From assembly GCA_032718475.1 (NCBI GenBank), contig JAUCBJ010006774.1, positions 1 to 64,000 on the forward strand: a stretch of 64,000 bases of DNA, given 5' to 3'. Of this stretch, positions 37,968 to 48,100 are shown piece by piece; positions within the stretch are counted from its first letter, which is position 1; the number at the start of each line of letters is the position of its first letter. The notes beneath the pieces are model-generated. The model made no database searches. It saw only the letters and a list, made by a program, of their open reading frames with translations, and was not told where the DNA came from. Source of the stretch: Nemertoderma westbladi. Lineage: Eukaryota; Animalia; Xenacoelomorpha. The translations under genes were made by a program, and so were the position numbers.

Positions 37968-40900
37968 TATAAAAGTACATAAATTAATATATAATCCACA
38001 CAAAAGGCCTGACTTTATTAACCTAATAGGTGATACAGTGTACTGCACTACACGGACAAATACTCTAGTCCCTTCACCGGTTGCTAGTTTTTCTAAAGTC
38101 TGACTGTTACATTTTTTATAGGTGATACAGTGTACTGCACTACACGGACAAATACTCTATTCCCTTCACCGGTCGCTAGTTTTTCTAAAGTCTGACTGTT
38201 ACATTAGCTTTCCCCCAGTCTATTTCCATGCCTTCTCCCATGTTGTGGTCCTAATTGAGTAGAGTCGAACCAATTTGGCTTTCTTCTATTTCTCCTTGTT
38301 GGTGCTGTTATTGTGATCCACTGCCCTTCCTGACTATTTTCTGGCATCTCCCCGGCCGATCCTTCTTTATCTGTGATATCTGACTGTCCCATACCACTCC
38401 CGACGTCGACATCTACATGACGTCCCTCTTCCGACTTCAGATCAATGTAATCCTCGTCTGTATCTGAGCTGTCTACACTTTCGAGCTTGTTGCTGTGTTT
38501 AACGAGATGTTCTGGACGTTTATGAAGTAGTTTGCACTTCGCCATATTCCGCTTTCTTATTTTAGTTCCGCGCTCTGCTATGATCTGAGTTCCCTTGACC
38601 TCTGTTACCTTGTAAGGCTTGGGGTCGAACGGTGGTTTCACGGTGCTCTTTTCTTGCTTGATTAGGACTTCCGCGCCTGGCGTGATTGGCTGTACCTTGG
38701 CTCTTATTCTCTTATCCCTTCCTACCTTCCTTTCGGCCCTTGTCTGTCTGTCCCTTTCCTTGGCCTCGATATGTGTTTGGTCTCGAGATGGTTTAATTAG
38801 CGTTGGAATTCTTGTTCGGATCTTCCGGCCCATGATGAGCTCACTGGGTGACTTTCCAGTACTGGGATGTGGTGTGTTACGGTAGTTCAGCAGCCGCCTC
38901 CTCACCTCCGCTTTAGGGTCTTTCCCCTCCGCTATCGCAGTGTGTGTAGTCTTGACCAGAACAGCCATAAATCGCTCTGCCACCCCATTGGCTTCGGGGT
39001 GTTCTGGTGTACATGGTCGTGAAGCAAAACCCATGTCTTTGGCGTATTCCTTCCATTTATACGATTGGTATGGACTCCCATTATCATGCGTTATAGTTTC
39101 TGGGACACCTAACACACTGAAGCTTCTATCTAAGGCAGGTTTGAGCTGCTCGAAGCTGGTACTGTTAACAATCTCCACCTCTGGCCACCGTGAGTATAGA
39201 TCGATGATCACGTGGAAATAGAATTTCCCACCAATTGGTCCCTTGAAATCTGCTGCACAATCGACCCATGGGCCCTCTGGCGTTTCCCTTTCAATCATGG
39301 GGGGCGGACTGTTTCTGCCAACTGCCGCCATACAGGCCACACAGCTCTCCACATATGACTTGACATCTCCTGTGAGTCCTGGCCACCAGACTGATTGTCT
39401 GAGCTGCCTCAGCATAGAGTCTCTCCCTGGGTGGCCTTCATGTGCTGCTCCTAACACGTCCGGTCGAAGTTTGCTTGGTATGAGAAGTCTATCTCCCCTT
39501 AGAATGACCCCTTCATTTATGCCCAGTTCGGTAAAACATTCTTGGTACCCCTCTCTGCACAATTCGGGCCTCAGTTTACCTTTCTGTATGTCCTCTATCA
39601 GGTGCTGGAGCACCATATCTTTCCCGGTGTAGCACCGTAGGATTGGTAGTGTAACTGCATCCAACATTGATTCCACTCTGTTTACAATAATCTCGGAATC
39701 CTCTTCCTCATCTTCGATCCCCAATGTTGCCCTTTCTGCAACACTGTACTGTTTCCTTGGTGGAGGATTCCTGGAGCCGTAATCTGCTGGGGTGGTCGTT
39801 CCAGGCTCATATACTACATCAAAGTCAAAACCCCGTAGCTTAGACTTGTGCTTGGCTACCCTTATAGGCAGTGAGCGGGAGTGGGATCTATACATTGGAA
39901 TCAATGGTTCGTGGTCCACCACTACTGTAAACTTGGTACCGTATAGGTACATCCTGTTGGCGAGAACTCCACTTAGAATACCCAGTGACTCTCCGTCCAC
40001 CTTACCATAGTTCATCTCAGCTGCCGTCTTGGCCCTGCTGTTGTGGGTAACTGGACGCCACACTGAATGGTCCCACCCTGGAACCTCATACTTCTGGGCC
40101 ACTGTAGCAGCCACTCCAGCGGGTCCCTCATCCACATATAGTCTGGTTGGCCTGTTAGGGTCATAGTTAGCCAGCACCCTGTCGGAGGTTAGAAGACCCT
40201 TCAATTCCTCGAAGCTTGCCTCACACTCGCTAGTCCACTCAAACTTAATTTTATTGGCGGTAAGGCGTCGCAGTGGTTTAGTCACATCCGAATACGTTCT
40301 TCCAGTATTGCCTGACTCTGGACGCATGAATACTTGGCAAAACTGCACGGTTTGGAGGAATGACTTAACACCAGCCTTGTCCCTTGGTCTCGACCAAGCG
40401 CTGATGGTCTCAACCTTCCCTGGGTCCGCCGACATCCCTTGCCTCGAATAAATGTTACCAAACCACTTCACCTGGGCAACCCCGAACTGGCACTTCTCCT
40501 TCCTTAGAGTAAGTCCGTATTGTTCAAGTCTTTGCAACAGAGCCTCTAGCCTTATATCGTGCTGCTTCCCGGTGCCATGTACTACCACATCGTCCTTGAT
40601 TTGCTGGATCCCTTCTAGCCCCTCTACAATGAGCCTGATTCTCTCATGACACTCACTGCTGGCGCTTGATACACCCATCACCAGTGTATTGAAGCGGTGT
40701 AAGCCCCAGGGGGTATAAAATACAAACAGCTCTTTACTTTCCTCATCCATCTCGAACTGATGGAAGGCATGATTAAGGTCTACTACTGTGAATCGATCTG
40801 ACCCAAGAAAGTTGTGACGAAGTTCCTGCGGTGTAGGGATTGGAAAGTGCGAAGTTTTAACTGCATTCGCCATGGGTCGTGTATCTAAATTGACTCTAAT

Positions 40901-42899
40901 CTTCTTGTCAGTCCAGCTCTTGTGCGTGATTACCACATTGCTGATCCATCCACGTGCTGAGCTAGATGGAAGTGGACCACTCACCACTCCTTCCCTCTTC
41001 AACTCTGCTATATGTTCTCTGAAAAGTTCCTTGTACTGCAGAGCAATCGGTCGCTGTTTCTGCTGCACTGGCTTGATAGTGTGGTCGACCTCTATGTGTA
41101 CTGCCTCTACTTTAGCTCGTCCTACTCCGTGGAATAATGCCTCATGCTTAGCAAGTATCTCACTCATCCTGTAGTCTATTTGAGCCTGCGTCTGATCCCC
41201 CGATACTATTCCTAATGGAATTGGCTCTTTTAGGTCCATGCGGAGCCGTCCTACCCCTTCTGACCTATTTTGACCCTCTGGAGTAAAATGGAGTATTCCG
41301 AGCGCCTCACTATCTCGTAGTCCCAACAGCGATTGTGTTTCCCCAGCAACCACATACACTATGGTGGTCATCTCCGCCCCACTCTTGGCTGTCAGCTGGC
41401 ATTTAGTGCGGCCCAGGATGGGCAGCTTCATATTGGTGCCAAAGGGGGAGAAATTGGTATAGTTTTTCTTAAGTTTAATCCTGGGATCACCCTTTGAGTG
41501 TTTCACCTTAGCCCAGTCTGTCTCACTCAGTAGTGTTTTATTAACACCACTATCTATGAGAAGATCTAGTTTAACTTGCTGCGAGGACCTGCCATGGTCG
41601 AGTGCTGTTAGGCTAATCTCCGCTCGTTTGCTGAGGTCACCTTTTACAGCCCGCACCCTGTCTGTATACCCCTCGGACACCTGCCCTACCGACTCACTGT
41701 CAGTATCACTCTCCGGCTCCTCCACCAGGGCTCGAGCCCTCTCTTTCTTTGCACTAAACTTCCCCTTCTTGTTCTGGGGACATGCAGCAGAGTACCTGAA
41801 ATGCCCCATGGTCCCACACGCAAAACACTCTATCTTCTTACCGGGGCAGCGTCCTTCCTCATGTGTGGGTCGAGTACAAGTGCGGCATGTACTCCTTCTT
41901 TGGCTTTCTACTTTTGGTTTACCCAATTTTCCCGGTTTAGCCTGTAACGCCCGCACTTGCTCCTCTAACGCTGCTACCCGATTATCCTCCTTCTTCGCAG
42001 AATTTCCCCGGATCTGTTCCACCTTTAATGCTCCTTGCTCGAGCGCCAAACCAAACTTCACTGTGTCATCAAACGAGAGATCCTCGGAGATCATCTTCCT
42101 CTGTAGTTTTCTATCATCCGTTTGGAATAAAATGGCATCCCTCGCCGCCATTTTTGAATCATATCCCGCCCAAACGCAGCGGTCTGCCTGCTCCTTAACC
42201 TTGGGAAACCACTCCGCAAAATGGTTACCCCGCTGCGGCATCTGCTGGAACAGTTTATAGCGAGCCGTTGCCTGATTGGTCTGTCGTTTAATCCCGGACT
42301 CCACCTTCGTAATCGCTTCATCAAATGTGTCGCCCTCTTCTACATATCCGACGTGTTCGAATACGTTTTTCATTTCATCGCCTCCGACCAATCGCAACGT
42401 CGCCTTGGCTTTCTTGCATCCTACGCAGTCCGCGTGGCCGTCGGCGTGGGCCCCATCGGCCTCAGTGGCTGTAAGGAACTCCCTGAAGTTCGCGATATAT
42501 TTGGTGAAGTCCTGGTACAACTGTTCCGGATCACCCTGTTTCTTTAGAACGAAAGGAGCCGGCTTAAGCATTAACATCATCTCAGCCATTGCGCGAAATC
42601 TCGAAGTCAGGCCTTGTTCGGTGACGGGGCTTTAGTTCGTGGTCCAGATCCAACTCGTCGCCATATAAAAGTACATAAATTAATATATAATCCACACAAA
42701 AGGCCTGACTTTATTAACCTAATAGGTGATACAGTGTACTGCACTACACGGACAAATACTCTAGTCCCTTCACCGGTTGCTAGTTTTTCTAAAGTCTGAC
42801 TGTTACATTTTTTATAGGTGATACAGTGTACTGCACTACACGGACAAATACTCTAGTCCCTTCACCGGTCGCTAGTTTTTCTAAAGTCTGACTGTTACA
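37968..42899 (-). mobile_element. Full-length young Ty3/Gypsy (Mag-like) LTR retrotransposon
   Basis: 236-bp LTRs at 37968-38203 and 42664-42899 with one mismatch seen; TSD ATCGC (37963-37967, 42900-42904); PBS TGGCGACGAG (42654-42663, complementary to the tRNA-Ser(GCU) 3' end); purine tract GGGGGAAAG before the 3' LTR. Confidence 0.96.
38204..42589 (-). CDS. Gag-Pol polyprotein (gag, 2 zinc knuckles, protease, RT, RNase H, integrase), intact 1461 aa
   Basis: CRTCTRPTHEEGRC and CFACGTMGHFRYSAAC; LLIDSG; VDLNHAFHQ...TPWGLHRF...QIKDDVVV; LYVDEG...DHEPL; AHEGHPG..CVAC; ADFKGP...HDNG...NGVAER. PR-RT-RH-IN order is that of Ty3/Gypsy. Confidence 0.97.
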   Translation of the reverse strand: MAEMMLMLKPAPFVLKKQGDPEQLYQDFTKYIANFREFLTATEADGAHADGHADCVGCKKAKATLRLVGGDEMKNVFEHVGYVEEGDTFDEAITKVESGIKRQTNQATARYKLFQQMPQRGNHFAEWFPKVKEQADRCVWAGYDSKMAARDAILFQTDDRKLQRKMISEDLSFDDTVKFGLALEQGALKVEQIRGNSAKKEDNRVAALEEQVRALQAKPGKLGKPKVESQRRSTCRTCTRPTHEEGRCPGKKIECFACGTMGHFRYSAACPQNKKGKFSAKKERARALVEEPESDTDSESVGQVSEGYTDRVRAVKGDLSKRAEISLTALDHGRSSQQVKLDLLIDSGVNKTLLSETDWAKVKHSKGDPRIKLKKNYTNFSPFGTNMKLPILGRTKCQLTAKSGAEMTTIVYVVAGETQSLLGLRDSEALGILHFTPEGQNRSEGVGRLRMDLKEPIPLGIVSGDQTQAQIDYRMSEILAKHEALFHGVGRAKVEAVHIEVDHTIKPVQQKQRPIALQYKELFREHIAELKREGVVSGPLPSSSARGWISNVVITHKSWTDKKIRVNLDTRPMANAVKTSHFPIPTPQELRHNFLGSDRFTVVDLNHAFHQFEMDEESKELFVFYTPWGLHRFNTLVMGVSSASSECHERIRLIVEGLEGIQQIKDDVVVHGTGKQHDIRLEALLQRLEQYGLTLRKEKCQFGVAQVKWFGNIYSRQGMSADPGKVETISAWSRPRDKAGVKSFLQTVQFCQVFMRPESGNTGRTYSDVTKPLRRLTANKIKFEWTSECEASFEELKGLLTSDRVLANYDPNRPTRLYVDEGPAGVAATVAQKYEVPGWDHSVWRPVTHNSRAKTAAEMNYGKVDGESLGILSGVLANRMYLYGTKFTVVVDHEPLIPMYRSHSRSLPIRVAKHKSKLRGFDFDVVYEPGTTTPADYGSRNPPPRKQYSVAERATLGIEDEEEDSEIIVNRVESMLDAVTLPILRCYTGKDMVLQHLIEDIQKGKLRPELCREGYQECFTELGINEGVILRGDRLLIPSKLRPDVLGAAHEGHPGRDSMLRQLRQSVWWPGLTGDVKSYVESCVACMAAVGRNSPPPMIERETPEGPWVDCAADFKGPIGGKFYFHVIIDLYSRWPEVEIVNSTSFEQLKPALDRSFSVLGVPETITHDNGSPYQSYKWKEYAKDMGFASRPCTPEHPEANGVAERFMAVLVKTTHTAIAEGKDPKAEVRRRLLNYRNTPHPSTGKSPSELIMGRKIRTRIPTLIKPSRDQTHIEAKERDRQTRAERKVGRDKRIRAKVQPITPGAEVLIKQEKSTVKPPFDPKPYKVTEVKGTQIIAERGTKIRKRNMAKCKLLHKRPEHLVKHSNKLESVDSSDTDEDYIDLKSEEGRHVDVDVGSGMGQSDITDKEGSAGEMPENSQEGQWITITAPTRRNRRKPNWFDSTQLGPQHGRRHGNRLGES

Positions 42900-44309
42900 A
42901 TCGCTACATCCTACTAATGACATCCCTACACCCTACTAGGGACATCCCTACATCCTACTAGGGGCATCGCTACATCCTACTTGGGACATCCCTACATCCT
43001 ACTAGGGACATCCCTACATCCTACTAGGGACATCCCGACATCCTACTAGGGACATCGCTACATCCTACTAGGGACATCCCTACATCCTACTAGGGACATC
43101 CCTACACCCTACTAGGGACATCCCTACATCCTACTAGGGACATCCCTACATTCTACTAGGGACATCCCTACATCCTACTAGGGACATCCCTACATCCTAC
43201 TAGGGACATCCCTACATCCTACTAGGGACATCCCTACATCCTACTAGGGACATCCCTACATCCTACTAGGGACATCCCTACATCCTACTAGGGACATCCC
43301 GACATCCTACTAGTGACATCGCTACATCCTACTAGGGACATCCCTACATTCTACTAGGGACATCCCTACATCCTACTAGGGACATCCCTACATCCTACTA
43401 GGGACATCCCTACATCCTACTAGGGACATCCCTACATCCTACTAGGGACATCCCGACATCCTACTAGGGACATCCCTACATCCTACTAGGGACATCCCTA
43501 CATCCTACTAGGGACATCCCTACATCCTACTAGGGACATCCCGACATCCTACTAGGGACATCCCTACATCCTACTAGGGACATCCCTACATCCTACTAGG
43601 GACATCCCTACATCCTACTAGGGACATCCCTACATCCTACTAGGGACATCCCGACATCCTACTAGGGACATCCCTACATCCTACTAGGGACATCCCTACA
43701 TCCTACTAGGGACATCCCTACATCCTACTAGGGACATCCCTACATCCTACTAGGGACATCCCGACATCCTACTAGGGACATCCCTACATCCTACTAGGGA
43801 CATCCCTACATCCTACTAGGGACATCCCTACATCCTACTAGGGACATCCCGACATCCTACTAGGGACATCCCTACATCCTACTAGGGACATCCCTACATC
43901 CTTCTAGGGACATCCCTACATCCTACTAGGGACATCCCTACATCCTACTAGGGACATCCCGACATCCTACTAGGGACATCCCGACATCCTACTAGGGGCA
44001 TCGCTACATCCTACTAGGGACATCCCTACATCCTACTAGGGACATCCCTACATCCTACTAGGGACATCCCTACATCCTACTAGGGACATCCCTACATCCT
44101 ACTAGGGACATCCCTACATCCTACTAGGGACATCCCTACATCCTTCTAGGGACATCCCTACATTCTACTAATTATATACATTCATCATAAATTTAATTTA
44201 TAGTACAAATTGTGGTTGCGGGAGTGAGTGATGTAATCTTGGTTTATTGTGGACCCGAACTGCTGCAGAGAAGATCATTGACATTTGGGTTGGACAGGGT
44301 TTAAAAATA

Positions 44310-45128
44310 GTTGGAATTAGTGACGCGAACTGAATGAAAATTTGAGTTATTTCGGTTTCAGTTCTAATAAACACATTCATTTCAGTTCAAGTTTCAGTTC
44401 CAGTTCCCAAAAAATAATAATTGCAGTTTTAGTTCCAGTTTCAGTTCTAATAAACCTATTTATTTCAGTTCCAGTTTCCAAAAAGAAATAGTTTCAGTTA
44501 CAGTTTTAGAAAGTTTTGCAAGTGTCTTGTTAACATACATCACAAGCTGGCGTGGCCAATCGTTTGATACCCACCGATGGATCCGACTGCCATTTATTAA
44601 ATTTTTAATGAAAATAACCGGTATAATATTTTTAGTTGCAAAAAAGTAATTGTTAGGTTTACAATTACGTATTACTTGAAAATAAAATATATATTTGAGT
44701 AATTCAATTCCGAAAGGTGCTAAAATGGGTGCCAGGAACTCTCCATCTCGAAAACTACTAGAGTGAGCTATTACAATTTTTGTCTCATTATCTGAAAGAG
44801 GACCTAATTTAGTTAGGGCCAAGTACTTTCGACGTGCTAGACCTATTGTTTTAGAGATTCTAACTAAGATAGGCCTATTTAACTGTCCCACTAAATTTAT
44901 GAACTTTGCAGCGACTTGACTGTTCGTATCTATAGTAGGTCTTGCCTTTCAACACAATAAAGCAAATTACATTTATTTATTAAAGAAACGAAATATTATT
45001 TATGAATACTAAAAACGCGAATTGTACCATTTCAATTGTATACTTATTCCCAATTTATAGATTATACTTTCAGTTTTAACTCTTGGGCAATTCAGTTCTA
45101 GTTCCAGTTCCAGTATTCCAAGATCTCT
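44310..45128. mobile_element. Degenerate MITE-like relic with (TTCAG/TTCCAG)n subterminal repeats
   Basis: Repeat clusters at 44360-44510 and 45070-45115; weak inverted match TTGGAAT..GAACTGAA at the ends; no TSD found. Confidence 0.35.
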
Positions 45129-48100
45129 GTGTTAACTCCTGTATATGTTGGGTTAACTCCTGTATGTGTTGGGTTAACTCATCTATGTGTTGGGTTAACT
45201 CCTGTATTAGGGTGGTCCTTATTTTGAAAGGTTGGAATTTATCATCTCTGACCCCCTCAAATGTTTCCACTTTGTCAAAAAATACGACATGCGAAATTTT
45301 AAGCATGTACATCAAATATTAGAGGTAGCTCAAACACACTGAAGTTGAGTGTCTGGTCACCGATTGATCGCGCGCGAAGAATATAATGGAGTTTGCTGAT
45401 ATAAGGGTTCTATTGGTCGTACAGAGTTAATTTTAGGCTTATTTGAACCGCAGTCATCGATTTAGTGGGTGTAGATACCTTCAAAACAAATGCTAAGCTA
45501 GTAGTTCTTGAGATATCACACAAAAGCTTAAGCCCGGCACAACTCATCAATCGATCATTCAATTGATTGCACCTAGGACATATTGAAATATTGGCATTAA
45601 CATTTTGTAGGTCTACCTCCCTGCATCTTATTTCAGTTAATCTCGATTTTAGCATTGTATAACCATTCAAAGCTATGTTTAGGAAAAAAAATTCATCACA
45701 ACCCCGTGGGAAATGCTTGCACAAGCATCACTAATTTGTGCATTAGTGTCATTTGGTACGATATCAATAATTGGCCACAAAACTTAACTTTTGGTTAATT
45801 ATATCTATGAACTGTTCGTTTAATTTGATTTTGACTGATTTTAAGTGCAGAACCCAAAATCGCATCTGATTTGTATTTTAAAATGATATACAACAATACC
45901 TGAATACTATACTGTACTTCAAAGCATTTTAAGATAAGGATTGATAGATGTAGAGATATGTGCATCCAGTGACCAAAAGAGAACTAATATATGGGAAGAA
46001 GCTTTGCACATATGTATTATACATAATTAGGCAATGCTGATTCCACATCTGATTTCAGATTTGCCCTACCACATCAAGTTTTTTCACAATTGCCACTTTG
46101 AGTTCAAAAACTTATTGCAAATGACTGTGATGAGTGGCGTAGATTCAAATGAGAATCAAATATGCCCAAAATCAATCCAAAACATTGAATGGAGCTTTGT
46201 TTATATGAATTATATATTTTTAAACGATGCTGATTCCAAATCTGCTTCAATATTTGCCATACTGCCATAGGATATCAAGTTTTTTTTACATTTGCCAATT
46301 TAAGTTCAAATTACTTATCGCAAACAATTATTATGAGTAAAAGTAGATTCAATAAGAATAAAATACACCCCCAAATCAATCTACAACATATGCTATGGTA
46401 AATCTGATAGTAGATTCACCATATAGATTGCATTGTTTAATATATAACTCAAATTAACAAAGCTCTTTTTCATGTTTTATATTGATTTGGAGCATATTTG
46501 ATTCTTTTTGAATCAACTTCTCTCCTTACAATTGTTCGCGATAAGTAATTTGAACTTAAATTGGTAATTTTGAAAATAACTTGATATGCTATGGCAAATA
46601 TGAAAGCAGATTTAGAATCAACATTGTTTTAATTATATATAATTCATATAAACAAAGCTCCTTTCAATGATTTAGATTAATTTTGAGCATATTTGATTCT
46701 CTTTTGAATCTACATCACTCATCATAGTCGTTTGTGATAAGTTTTTTGAATTCAAATTGGCAATTGTGAGAAAACTTGATGGGGTAGGGCAAATCTGAAA
46801 TCAGATTTGGAATCAGCATTGTCTAATTATGTATAATGCATATGTTCAAAGCTTCTTCCCATATAGTACTCTTATGGTCGCTGGATGCACATATCTCTGT
46901 ATCTATCAATCCTTTTAATATGCTTTGAAGTACAGTATGGTATTGTTGTAGGCCTATATCATGCACTATATCATTTTAAAATTCAAATCAGATGAGATTT
47001 TTGGATTCTGCACCTTAAAATCAGTCCAAATCAAATTAAACGAACAGTTCCTAGATATAATTAACCAAAAGTTAAGTTTTGTGGCCAATTATTGATATCG
47101 TACCAAATGGCGCTTAGACACAAATTAGTGATGCTTGTGCAAGCATTTCCCATGGGGTTGTGATGAATTTTTTTTTTACTAAACATAGCTTTGAATGGTT
47201 AGACAATGCTAACATCGAGATTAACTGAAATAAGATGCAGGGAGGTAGACCTACAAAATGTTAATGCCAATATTTCAATATCTCCTAGGCGTAATCAATT
47301 GAATGATCGATTGATGAGTTGTGCCGGGTTTAAGCTTTTGTGTGATATCTCAAGAACTACTAGCTTAGCACTTGTTTTGAAGGTATCTACACCCACTAAA
47401 TCGATGATTGCGGTTCAAATAAGCCTAAAATTAACTCTGTACGACCAACAGAAGCCTTCATATCAGCAAACTCCACTATATTCCGCGCGCGCGATCAAAT
47501 GGTGTCCAAACGCTCAACTTCAGGGTGTTTGAGCTACCTCTAAATATATATCATTTGTACTCAAATTTTACTCAAGGTGTTTTTTTATCAGAAGAAAGGA
47601 CTTGGGGGGGTCAGAGGAGAATTTCCACAACTTTTAAATTTTACATTGAAATAAGGACCACCCTATCCTGTATGTGTTGGGTTAACTCCTGTAATGTATG
47701 TGTTGGGTTAACTCCTGTATGTGTTGGGTTAACTCCTGTATGTGTTGGGTTAACTCCTGTATGTGTTGGGTTAACTCCTGTATGTATTGGGTTAACTCAT
47801 GTATGTGTTGGGTTAACTCCTGTATGTGTTGGGTTAACTCCTGTATGTATTGGGTTAACTCATGTATGTGTTGGGTTAACTCCTGTATGTGTTGGGTTAA
47901 CTCCCAGTATGTGTTGGGTTAACTCCTGTATGTGTTGGGTTAACTCCTGTTTGTGTTGGGTTAACTCCTGTATGTGTTGGGTTATCTCCTGTATGTGTTG
48001 GGTTAACTCCTATGTGTTGGGTTAACTCTTGTATGTGTTGGGTTAACTCCTGTATGTGTTGGGTTAACTCCTGTACCTGTATGTGTTGGGTTAACTCCTG

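Larger units (their letters stand above)
28939..44170. repeat. 22-bp minisatellite (TAGGGACATCCCTA CATCCTAC)n in three blocks (28939-35060, 36644-37967, 42900-44170) split by two transposon insertions
   Basis: Seen directly; 22-bp period. Register resumes across each insertion once the TSD is removed. Confidence 0.97.

Noticed and set aside
38619-42799. Many plus-strand ORFs
   Set aside because: Antisense shadows of the Gypsy gag-pol with no recognisable motifs.
45410-47532. Duplicated small gene pair (104 and 108 aa)
   Set aside because: Mirror translations of foldback arms with no domain motifs and differing starts and stops.
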